Below, one piece after another: positions 32,358 through 44,095 of a stretch of DNA of 64,000 bases. The stretch lies in assembly GCA_977018835.1 (NCBI GenBank), contig OZ361261.1, positions 620,001 through 684,000 of the forward strand, written 5' to 3'. Below the pieces are notes generated by a model. It did no database searches and was not told where the DNA came from. It was given only the letters and a program-made list of their open reading frames with translations. The number at the start of each line of letters is the position of its first letter. Position 1 is the first letter of the stretch. Origin of the DNA: Minutocellus sp. GHC0000111 (taxonomy: Eukaryota). Both the position numbers and the translations under genes were made by a program.

Positions 32358-34956
32358 TCAAACCAATGGTGTAATCCTCCTCTTTTCTCTGAGCTTTCTG
32401 GCGCCAGTGTTCTTCTTGTTCCTATTGCGTTTGTTCCGTGCCTCTCGATTCTTATTCCGCTTTCGTTGCATTTTGCAGCACAGCTTTCTCTTGCCTTGGC
32501 TGTTTCGGATCTTCTTGCAGGAATGCCTGGAGCAACATTCGTCGGACGCCTTGCACCGCTCGCCATTGACGGAGCAGGTGTTTCTCTGCGGTCCCTCGAT
32601 GCTGAAATCCTCAGAGGCGACGTCGTTCACCTCAGCACCTCCCTGCCCTTGAATGGTGACCTTGAACGAAACAGTGTGGCCAGAGTAGCCAATATCGAAG
32701 ATGCGGATGCCAGAGTCCTCCATTTCTCCGCCCTGGTACCATTTGAGATTGGTGTCGGAAGATACAAGCTGGCCACCCTTGAAAAATACCGCTGTCCGAG
32801 ATTTCGTCGGCGGGCCCATCCTTGTGAAAGACGTCGTTGCCGTCGCCACGCGATGCAGCGGTCTCCAGCTGGAAGCCACCGTCTGCCTGGACAACGGCGA
32901 CACGGTAGTGATCACCTGATTCTGGCCAGCCGATAAGGCCTGGGTGGCCCTGTTCGTTAAAGTCGGCCTCATCGTCGCAGTGCCAGATGAGCAGGCCTTC
33001 ATCTGGGATGTGCACATCAAACATTGTGGCTGTTCGGACGCGATTTTCAATGATAAAATACTCGGTGTTGCGATCGGGGTGAACAATCACGAAGGGGTTG
33101 GTAGCACCCTGCCAAGAAGCGACTGCATCGTATTGGCCCGAGTGGGTCAGGACCTGGGGATCAATCCAACCCAACGCCATCTTTGTCCAGGGTGTCATCA
33201 TTGGCGGGTAGAACTACGGATGGAGGTAAAAAATGATGAAGGAATCGAGACAAGGATGGGGATGTGAGAATGGTCGCAAGAAAATGCAGAGAAAAATATA
33301 CGAACGGGTGCGCCGTCGTTCTCACCTGATCTCCGTTGAAACCCCATGAGTTCCCCATCATTCCCCAGCTACCGACACCTGGGTGGTGCGTTGGTGCGAT
33401 TTGTTGGTGAAGAAAATTATAGCGTAAGTTGGAGGGAAAGAAGACATGATAATTGTGATACCAAGTGTATCCTCGCACATGCCAAACAGTTATAAACGTA
33501 CCATTGCCGCCGGTTCCGTCGTAGATGTCGGGAGCTCCGAGGAAGTGACCGGTCTCGTGGCAGATGACGCCGATGCGGCCAATGTTGGAGCCGCACGAGC
33601 CCCAGAGGGCGGGACTGATGTGATACTTCCAGACGAGAGTACCAGTGCCCGGTGCGGTCCAGTCCTGGTCCAGGTTCCACTTGTGACTCCAGATCCGACC
33701 CTCGGGGGCCAGGCCGGAGTAGCAATCGGGCTCAGCAGCCTCGGCACCAAAGCCAGAGTGGATGATGGCGATGGCATCGATCTCGCCGTCGTTGTCGGCA
33801 TCAAACTCAGACCAGTTGATGGTGTGGGCGACCTGGTCGAGGGCGGCACGGATGGCCATGCCAACCTTTCCGGTCATGCCGTAGTAGTTGTCTCCGATCT
33901 CAGCCTCGGTGTAGGGGACGTCGATCCAGTCGGTGACGGTGGAGACCATGTCGAAGGAGTTGTACGAGTTGAAGAGGAAGCAGTCACGAACCGAGCCAGT
34001 CGGAGCCAGCTCATCGTCGCCACCTTCCTTGTTGAAGAGGCTGTCATAAAGAATAGAACAGGACGAATGTATGAGTTAGAACGCAGGAAGGGAGAACGAA
34101 TCCATTTCGTGCCGGGGCGGGGGCATAATATTATGAGTTCGGAACTCTGCTGAACAACATAAATATTGACCGATCTAACTCACATTTCCATGTCGGCCTT
34201 GGAGGGAAGCACCCGATTCTCCTGACCCTTCCATCGGATCATCAGAACGAGATTCTTCATGGTCATGTCGGTGTACTGGCTCGACGTCGACGTGAAGAGG
34301 TTGCGGCTGTTGGCGGGGCTCGACCCGTCCTCGGCGAGGTTGGTCGGGACGTTGATGCCGCCACCGCCACCCCGGAGCCTGCGGCTGGGATCGTCGCCAC
34401 CATCGCCCCCCGCCGCCTGCTGCTTGTTCTTCTTGGCGAGCTTCTTCCGGTCCTTCATCCGCCGAATGGCCTTGTTGATGTGCAGCCGACGGTCGCGGCG
34501 GGCGGCCGGGCCGGCCTTGAAGAGGATCTGCTCCTCGTCGTCGACGGTGTGGGGGAGGATGCCGTACGCGTCGGGGTTGCAGCTCCCGACGATGCAGTCG
34601 GTCTCGTACAGGGCGCCGGTCTCGTCGTCGATGTCGAGGTAGTGCGGCTCACCGTCGATCTTGGAGATCTGGACGGTGTGGCCCGACAGCGTCTCGTACC
34701 AGCTGTATTCGGAATTGCCCTTCATTACCACCTCGAGGAAGCGCTTCTGCTGGCGCTGCTTGACGAGGGAGCCGCCGTTCTGCAGCGCCCTGCCCCGCTC
34801 GGCCTCGGCGTCGCCGGTGATCTCCCACCGGAAGGCGTTGGGGTTGGGCGGAGCATCGGATAGGGCTGGACTGGGCAGCGACGAAAGGGCCAAGGCAGCC
34901 AGGACCGCAGTCGCGGTGGTGACGGCCGCAGAGGTACGACGTCTTGATGCAGACAT
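32358..34956 (-). CDS. M6 family (immune inhibitor A-like) secreted metalloprotease; introns 34041-34183, 33379-33501, 33214-33325; frameshift at 32782-32786
   Basis: Signal peptide, GSVRD, FDADNDGEID, IIHSG, IWSHKW, CHETGHFLGAPDIYD zinc site, EYFIIENR, GLLIWH, VVQADG; Cys-rich and basic tail in the shifted frame. Confidence 0.88.
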
Positions 34957-35596
34957 TTGCCGTTCGTTCTTTTCTTTGATGCGATGGCGGGGTTGTGCTC
35001 TTCTGTTCTGCGCGTATCTTTTGTGACTCTAAATGCGCTTCGAAATACAAATCAATGGCTAGGCTATCAATCAACGCGGATAGCAGTACAGTATTCTCTT
35101 TGTGTCAATGAGCTTGAGCTTGAGGAGAACGGGATGAGCCTCAGGGTGGGACGGCACTGACAATTATTGGTTCCTTCTCATGATTCTTGGTCTTGAAATG
35201 CATGCGGTCATTTTCAGGTCAGGCTTTTTGATGCTGGGATCGACGCAGAAAGAAACGAAAAGGTGCGTCATGTCCGAAAGTCAAATTTCGCCGATGAATT
35301 TTTTTACTCAAAAACTCGTTTTTTCTGCTCTGCTGTGGCAGAGCCGTTTTTTTTGGTGAGGCAGGAGTTGAGGAGAATGAATGAACCAACATAATCGTAA
35401 GGTACATCCATCTGTTGCTGCTGCTGCGTTGGCACTAGCTAGGCCTATAATTGTATAGTCAGGTTGTACCGCCCTGGCTGAAGTGCCCGTGTATGCCTCG
35501 CATAGTGCCGCTGTGACAGTGATTTCCCAATTTCAACACAGCGACCCTTGGTTGCATCACCGCGCAGCTCGCCATAAATAACATTGCGACGACGAG

Positions 35597-38500
35597 ATGG
35601 ACGTCAACGACGAAGTGCGGGTGTGGGTCAAGACCAGCGTCCTCGACGTCCTGGTCTTTGGCAAGGCCCACACCTCCACCAAGCGCCAGTCCATCTCGCA
35701 ATCCGCCGCGGGAGATGCCGATCCGCACGCCGTCAATTGGGGCTGGGCCCGAGGCCGAGTTCTGCCGCCCGATGGCGATGGCGATGGCAATGGTGGTGAG
35801 GGGTGCTCATCGGCCCAGCATGCCTTTGCGGTTGCCTCCAAACCCGCCGCGGCCGGCAATGGAGAGGACAGAGAGGATAGCGCTGCAAATGACGCAAAGA
35901 TACAGGTGTACGTTGAAGATGAGGAGAGCGAGCACAATCGCACGGCAATACCGGTCCCCGCCTCCTACGTTCGGGATGGGTCCGTGGTAATGGCCAACAT
36001 TTATGAGGGGGAAGGTGATGATGATTATGGTGGCTTTTCCGCGTCGTGTCCGTATCCGGACGATCTGATCAGTCTGACGCATCTTCATGAGCCGGCCGTG
36101 GTGTACTGCCTCCGTCAGCGGTACGGGTACGACAAAATCTATACCGCCACTGGACCGATATTGCTCGCGCTCAATCCCTTCAAGAATTTGAAGAGTCTGT
36201 ACTCGGAGAAGATTATGCAGCAATACTACAACCGCGGGGAGAGGGGGATGCTCATGTCGGGTAGTTCTAGTGCGTCCGCTGCAACTTCTGGGGGAAGTGA
36301 TGAAGAGAAGAAGGATGATGCCGTAGATGATGCTGAACATGGAAATGCGGCGGGCATTGCCGGCGATGAACAACAACTCCCCCCACATGTGTATGCGATT
36401 GCCGATCATTCCTTTCGAAGTATGATGACCAACTTGGAAGAGCGTGGCCTCGCTGGAAGTGGTGGTGGAAGTGGTAGCAGTAGAAGGAGGAGGGCTCCAC
36501 CATCGTCCGGAGGTGCTGGTGGGAAGGATGGCGCTGGTGCCAAGGGATCGGACCAGGCAATTTTGGTGAGCGGTGAGAGTGGTGCCTTTAAGACTGTGAC
36601 GACGAAGTTCATAATGAATTACTTGGCAATGTTATCCAAAAGATCGGTATCATCTTCTGTCTTGACCAAGACGGAGTCGGGAAGGAACGTCACCGAGGAA
36701 GTACGGAAGGTGGACATTGAGCAGCAGGTGCTGCAATCCAACCCGATTTTGGAGTCTTTTGGCAATGCCCGCACAGTGCGCAACGACAACTCGTCGAGAT
36801 TTGGCAAGTATATTGAAATTCAATTTTCTAGCAACGGCACACTGCTTGGTGCTTCGATCAAAACATATCTGTTGGAGAAGGTTCGCATTATCACCCAAGC
36901 CGAAGGAGAGCGCAATTATGTAAGTTTTCCCGGTCGTGGCGGATAGACGTGATTGCTTGTTGTGCCGATGCGATGAGTACTCATATTTTCCCCTTGCATA
37001 CATTCCTCTATCAATTGGTACCTCACATGAATCCCTACTTTCCTACGTTCGATCGGACCGACTTTTCCACTAAATCACAATTGATTACGAAACTGGCAGC
37101 ACATATTTTACGAAATCTTGCAAGGGGGGATGACAGATGATGATCTCGAAAAGTACTCGCTATCGGATTACACTGCAGAGGATTTTCGCATTACATCGTG
37201 CTCTGGAACTTACGATCGAAGAGATGGAGTTGAGGATTCCGAGACATATCAGGATCTAACCGATGCAATGGATACGATGGGATTTGCCGAAACTGATCAA
37301 ACAGATATCTTGGCGGTAACTTGTGCATTGTTGCACGCATCGAATCTTACAATGAATGCGCTGAGTGCTGACGAATGCGAAATCGATAAGGAGAATGTTC
37401 ATTTGGATGAATTTTTGTCCCTCATGGGTTTTACGTCTGAGGCTCTCAACCAGGCTCTTTGCTACTTTTCAATCAAGGCTGGCAAGGAATCGCACACTCG
37501 CAGTCTGCCAAAATTAAAGGCTGAGAAGGGTCTGGAGGCATTCGTAAAGGCAGTTTATGGGGCTTTGTTTGATCATATCGTGCGACGAATTAATTCATCA
37601 ATTACCGAGAAATCTGATGGGAAGAAAAGAGGCGGGTCTCAAGCGGACAAGCTCATTGCGGCAACAATTGGTGTGCTGGATATCTTTGGTTTCGAGTCTT
37701 TCAAAACGAATTCCTTTGAGCAATTGTGCATCAACTACTGCAATGAGGCTCTGCAGCAGCAATTCAACCTCTTTGTGCTGAAGAACGAGCAGGAGGAATA
37801 CGAAAGGGAGGGCATTGCCTGGTCATTCATTGAGTTTCCCGAAAATCAGGATGTCCTCGATCTGATTGGGAAGAAGGGTAGTGGAGTAAGTCAGTCGGCA
37901 AAGATATGCAGCTCTTGTCAATGTATGGCAGTTAGGGTTGTTACGATTACTCACAATCATTGGGACGGCCGACGCATTTTGATAATTGTGTGAGATGTGC
38001 ACTCTTCCACCTCGCTTGCGCTTTTCCCTCACGAAATCCATTGTATTCTTCTCCTTTATTCTAATCTCTTCATCAACCTCCAAACAGATCATTCCTATCC
38101 TCGATGATCAGTGCCGGGCCCCTGGAACAACCGACAAGACATTTGCCAATGACATATACAACAAGTGCAAAGGCAATTCTCGTTTTGAGGCCAACTTTCG
38201 ACAGGTCGGAGCCCTGCGGTTCGGAATCCAGCATTATGCAGGACCAGTCGAGTATGATACCGCCGGCTTCGTCGAAAAGAATCGGGATGATCTCCCAAAG
38301 GAGGCCACGGAGCTGTTGCTCTCTTCGTCCAACAAATTCGTCACGACCCTCGCTGATATACTGAGCAGCAGCAGCGCCGGGGCAAAGCCCGGAAAAAAGA
38401 TTACTGTCGGGGGCCAATTTTCTCAGCAACTATCGGATCTACGAGCCAAGATTGATCTAACTTCGCCGCATTATGTGCGTTGTCTGAAACCAAATGACCG

Positions 38501-41500
38501 ACTAATTCCCGACCATTTTGATCCCGTTATTGTAGCAGATCAGCTACGATGTGCTGGTGTTGTCGAGGCTGTCCGCGTATCTCGTGTTGGCTACCCACAG
38601 CGTTATTCCCACGCCCTCTTTGTTAACCGATACAGAATTCTTGGACTTCAGGCGTTGAAGAATGCCTCGAAGGGAACTGTGAGAAAGAAGCCGGTGGAGG
38701 TCCTCGTTTGAGCCATATCCAAGCGAATGTCTGAAATGCAGAGAAAGGAAGGAATTGACAGCGAAAAGCTCGATGATGCAAATGCTGAAACTTCAAATGA
38801 TGGCATTCAGGTTGGAAAGACCAAGGTGTTCCTACGTCGAAGTGCATATGATGCCATCGAAAAGCTCCGAAATAATGAGATTAAGTTGTCTGCCATTGTT
38901 ATCCAAACGTCGGCGAGGCGGTACCTGGCATCCCGCCATTTAAAGGAAGCCTTGGCTCTCACTGTAAAACTTCAGTGTATAGTGAGAAGGATGATTGCTA
39001 CGAAGAAGGTCAACGAAGTTCGCCGACAGCACAATGCACGTGTGATCCAGAAATACTACCGCAGAATGGTGGCACGCGATAAATTCGTCAAGACCGTTGC
39101 GATCGTAAGCTGGGGACAGCGATACTGGCGCGGTCGAGTTGGCCGGGTGCGGTATAACGAATTGAACAGTGAACGCAAGGCCATTGTAATTCAGAAGCGA
39201 GTGCGTGGATACCAATCTGCCAAAGCCTACTCAATGAAGAAAACCTCGGCCATAACCATCCAGTGCGCCCTTCGTTGTTATCGAGCAAAGAGCGAGCTGA
39301 AGTCTTTACAAGCCCATGCGAAAGACTTGTCCGCTGTTGCCGACGAGAGAGACGTCCTTCGCAACGAGACTTTATCTCTCCGGCAAGCACTGGAGGAGGC
39401 CAAGGAAAATGCTCGGAGAGAAGCAGAGAAGGCCGCCGCAGCCGTTGCTGCATCTGCTCAAGCGCAAAAGGCTGCTGACTCCAAGCTTGAGGCCGAGGTC
39501 GAGCAACTTCGAAAACAAACGACCGAATTACGGGCTGAACTTGACAAGGCCCAGGCAGAAACTGAGACAATATCATCGCAGCTGGCAGACGAAAGAGAGT
39601 CAACAAAAGCTTCGATGGAGGAGATAAATGCCCGTCTTGTCGAGGCTGATCATGCTCGCGCAAAAGCCGAGGCTGATTCCTCTACTGCTAGAACATCGCT
39701 TGATGAGGCTCTCGAACGAGCAAAAGCTGCCGACGAGAGCAAACATGACGCTGTCGCCAAGGTCAACGACGAAACAGATGCTACCAAAACCCGCCTAGAA
39801 GAAGTATCTACAGAGCTTACTTCGACGAGGGAAGAATTAGAGTCCGCAAAGAAGCAGCTTTTGGAGGCGCAGACATCTGCCGAAACTTCTTCCGATGAAA
39901 GTGACAAAAAACTCCAAGATATTTCCTCCGAGCTTACATCAGTACAACAAGAACTTGAAACAACAAGGAAGCAACTGGTCGAGGCACAGAGCGCCGCCGA
40001 AAACGCTTCCGAAGCAAACCAGAAGCTTCAGGAGCAAACGGCGGCACTGTCTTCCCTTCAAAATGAACTTGATTCGACCAAAAAGCAGCTCTGCGATGCG
40101 CAAACCGAGGTAGTGGATGCGAACAATGCGGAGCTTAAGCTTAAGGAAGAGATTGGCGCCCTGAAGAATGCGCAGGCCATTCCAGGCAATGCCACCAAGG
40201 ATAGCGAAGAAGAGATCCTATTGCTATCCGATGAATTGGCGCTGGTCAATGCGGAGAAGGAATCTTTGCAGAAAGAGCTCGACGAAGTAAAGCAGAGTAT
40301 GCAAGACGCAAGCGCATCTGCAGAGAGCACTGATACGGGCAAGTCGGGATCTGCTACTGCCGTCATAGCTGACACCGGGCGTGATGTGGACGAAGAAACA
40401 AGTCTGCCGGTTACCAAAAAGATCAAAGAATTAGAAGAGGAGAACGCCAAACTTCGAGAGCAGCTCCAAACTTCCTCGCAAGAAGGTGTAGTCGCCGCCA
40501 ACGCACCACCGACCGACTTAAATGAAGCCCAAGGTGTACCAAAGAAGGACGATCTTACTTCTCTTCAAAGGGAATTATTGGATGCTAAGGCCACAATAAG
40601 TCGACTAGAGAAGGAGAAGTCCAAGCAATCACAGAAACCAATGCTCAGTATTCCCGAGGATTCAGAGCCAGATGCTAATATGGTCAAGATGCACGAGATG
40701 CAAGATGAAATCGAAAGGCTCAGGAAGGAGATCGACCGCTTGGAGGATGAGCAAGCAATTGGATCTTCCTCCGGCGATAGTCTGCTAGTTCGATACCAAG
40801 AATTAAGTCGCTTGTCATCCGCGCTAGTCGAAAAAGACAAGGAAATCGATGAGCTCAAGGACCAAATTACAAATCTGAAGGTCGAATTCAACGATCAAGT
40901 TCAGCTGTTCAAGGCTTCATCTACCTCTGACGACGAGGGAGACACTGACGCTTCCACCAAGGATCCGTTCGAAACGCGCTCTCATCTAGGATTATCAGGC
41001 GGCGACGACGTCGAAGATCCAAGCAGTGCTCCCGACCCGGACAGCGATTCGCCTTCACCTCAAGATGTACCTCGAGATATGCAGATGGCTCTCATTGCCT
41101 ACAGAGACGAAGTCGAAGCGCTGCGAGAAATTAACGAGATTCTTCGAAAGGATGTAGAGCGCGTCAGAAGAGATTGCGAGACAGCTAAATGGGAAGCCAA
41201 GGAAGAGAGGGAAAGATCGGCAAAGGAAATCGAATCATTTGCCCAGACGTTGCGCGGTGTCGACGAATTGAGGGCTGCTGCAGAAGCCATGAGCCGAGAG
41301 ATTACCAAGAATCGAAAATACTACATGAGCGAAGACAGCGAAGGGGCATTCGAAGCGATATCGTCAGTCAATAGAGCCAACCAAATCCTTGATGCCTCCC
41401 GGCCTGGTGGTTCGGGAGCCGGCGGAGTTGGGCTTTGGGCTAGAATGACTGGGGGCTTTTATTCCCATCTTGAAAGATTTGTCTCCAAATGCTCTGGTAA

Positions 41501-41600
41501 TGGCAAGCTCGCCCATTACTCGTTTATGCAAAATAAAACCACCGGCGGCACGGACACGCGCTGCCTCGTCCGGTCGACTGGGCTTGTGATCGCTGGTTAG
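35597..41600 (+). pseudogene. Myosin heavy chain (motor, IQ repeats, coiled coil); introns 36920-37099 and 37886-38087; mutated P-loop, internal TGA, chimeric C-terminus
   Basis: LESFGNARTVRNDNSSRFGK, ERNY|HIFY, LDIFGFE, NSFEQLCINYCNE, HYVRCLKPN, QLRCAGV, GKTKVFLR. SGESGAFKT with TTT at 36587-36589; TGA at 38709-38711. Confidence 0.9.
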
Positions 41601-43276
41601 CTCGACACACTGACCGCCGCCGCGGCATAGAACTACTCGACTGTCTCCAACATTGGCTGCAAAGAGCCGCCGTCCCATGAGGATAACCGTCGCTGCGGTC
41701 GATCCACTCTGCGGGGCCGACTTGGGCGAGATGAATTCCTTATCTGCCCGGAGGTATGAAGTTTTTAGAATGCGCCTCATGAGCTCTGATGCTGCATCCT
41801 CTGTCTGCTCTGAATGCGCCCCGCGGGCGCCTCTACTATTTTCAATCGCCACGCGAAGGGCCTCTCTCTCTGCCAGCATTTGGTTCCGAACGTGCCTGGG
41901 CAGGGCGTCGACCAGATAGTTGGAACACTCCGCTCCGCCGTGACCGTCAAAGACAGCGGCAAAGGTCGTCATGGCAAGCTCATTCAGCGTCTCCTTTGGC
42001 TCGCCGGTGTAATAAAATTCGGGAGGGGAATACATGAGGCTTTGAATCACCACCGATCGATCTTCCATGGTGGGTCGGGCACCGATGGCCTCTGATATAC
42101 CATAATCGAATCGGTTGACCGAGAAGCCTGTTCTACCGACGATGAATTCATCGCCCACGCTCAATGCTCCCATGCCCTTGTGTCCGTACGGTCCTACCAA
42201 TCTCATGTACGATCCGTTCTGCAGTGGTAATTGTTGGAGTATGGGAGGCGGGGGTTGAGTTGAGTGAGAGAACGGCTTTGGTGTTCCAACAATCTCCAAG
42301 TAATGCGCAACATCTAATCTAAAGATAGTATGAAAGAGAAACATGGCGACATGAAATAGCAAACAAGATAACTCACCGTACTCTCCAGGTCGGTGAGGAC
42401 AAAGTTTCCGCTGCCCTTCTTGCCAGATTTGTTCGGAAGGTAAAGGATGGCCCCGTGCTTGCGGCTGAGCTCACGGTCCATGATGCACAGATCAGCCTCG
42501 TGCGCCCGCCCGAAAACGTAGGGGCACTTGGAGGCGTGGACATCAATCAATTTCCCCCTCATGGGGCCCTTGGAGCAGTGAACGGTAATCTTCTGCTTGG
42601 CGTCGTTGACGTCCTCAACGTTGAAGACGGAATTGCCGGCGGCGAACGACGCCCCCTTGCACAGGACCCAGCGCTCGGCGTCGAGGCTGAGGAGGCGGGC
42701 CTCCTTCTGGGGCTGCCCGCCGGAGTTGACGCTCAGCACCTTGGCCTTGCCGACCCGGACGGCGGCGTCGCCGCGGTCGCCGCGGATGTGCCAGCCGGTC
42801 GTCATGGCGGCCCGGAGGGCGTGGAGGGCGGCCTGCTCCCCCTCAAAGCCGGTGAGGCGGGACAGGACGCCGGCGGCCGGGCCGGTCATGGAATCGTCCA
42901 TCCGGCGGCAGATGTCGTCGGGGCTGGGCGACGACGGCCCGCCGTTGCCGATGGTCGTCGTCCGGCCGTACAGCGTCCAGTACGCCGTGGCCGGCTCCGG
43001 CTTGCCCTCGTCCTCGTCCTCGGACGTGGTGAATTTGAGGCATATTCGGAACAGCGAGCGGGTGTACACCTCCCGGGAGGTGGCGAACTGCCTCCCCCCG
43101 CGCGACCAGCCGTCGCGGTCGGCGCTGCCCCCGGCCGGTCCGCCGGAGGCCGTCCGGGCCAGCGCGCCCCCGTCGGCCCCCGCCCCGTCCGTCTTAGTCC
43201 CGCCGGAATTCTGCATCGTTGCGTTCGGGTCGGCTACGAATATTCCACCAGCACCGTTCAGGAGACCGCCAGTCAT
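41364..43276 (-). pseudogene. 3'-truncated FHA-PP2C copy ending in antisense myosin sequence
   Basis: Matches copy 1 up to KMGIKA, then PSHSSPKPN...GSID*; lacks the DGLFD and DN metal-binding motifs. Confidence 0.92.
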
Positions 43277-44095
43277 CAATCACAAGCCGGGGGATATTCT
43301 GACGTGAGATGGACTTTTCGGTGTGGTCTGGTCTGGTTAGCGGAAACGGTGGGTCGAATCACCGGTGTGGTCAGTCACCTCACGGTGTTTTTGTTTCACG
43401 CTTCCGACCCAGGCAGTGCAGCAGTGCGGGATGCTTTGTTTGGTGCAACTTCAAGCCCTCCGACCAGAACTGCCTGCACCGCAAACGCCAAAAGCACTCG
43501 CACGTTACGTCCCTCCTTGTTAACAGCAGTCTAGCCAGAAGAAGTCGCAATCAAATCTCCCAAATCACGCTCCGCCGACCGACACTCTCGATCCGTGTGT
43601 GTGATGGTCTACGTAGATTTTGTTCCAGGTTCTACGTAGGCTTTGGCCAAAAAATTATTATGGGGACCCGCGTCGGATACAACTCCAACACAAGATGGGA
43701 TCTCCGCGGTAATTTGCGACTTGCGACTATCCACGCCACCGATACAGAGTCGCGTGGCAAACGGGGTGGGGTGGGTGATGAGGTTGCGGTATCCGTGGTT
43801 CGGGCTTGGCAACCGATACACTCTCCCCCAAAATGGAGAGAGCAATGCGATGCGGCACAAAGCAGAGCAGGCAGGGCGGAACGCAACAAAAATCGCAAAG
43901 GACCGTGTGCTTCCTAATGACGTGGCAGTACCAAGGAGCTCCCCCCCCGCCAAGTCAGATCCACGGAAGGGGAAGGCCAGAGAAAAGACGATGTGTCATT
44001 TCTTTGGATATCTCTTCCCATCACTCAACGCTCTGGCGAAAGCGTAAGAATTCCAAGCGCAAAAAGGAGATCAACCAATAGGAAATAGGTTCAGC

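Larger units (their letters stand above)
17213..41454 (+). repeat. Tandem segmental duplication, copy 1 (24,242 bp)
   Basis: Sequence from gcttttattcccatcttg at 17213 recurs at 41455; ORFs repeat at offset 24242, then 24246 after about 28200. Confidence 0.98.

Noticed and set aside
28263..34956. O-methyltransferase, sulfotransferase and protease as a biosynthetic cluster
   Set aside because: No scaffold enzyme, SmB lies between them, and the sulfotransferase is broken.
33446..35026. Plus-strand ORFs over the M6 protease
   Set aside because: Antisense shadows; the minus strand carries the motifs and splice sites.
38709..38711. TGA reassignment or selenocysteine
   Set aside because: TGA ends ordinary genes here (10428, 12163, 13440, 16764); myosin is not a known selenoprotein.
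41400..41500. Transposon or terminal repeat at the duplication breakpoint
   Set aside because: Myosin and PP2C sequence join directly; no inverted repeat, LTR or transposase seen.
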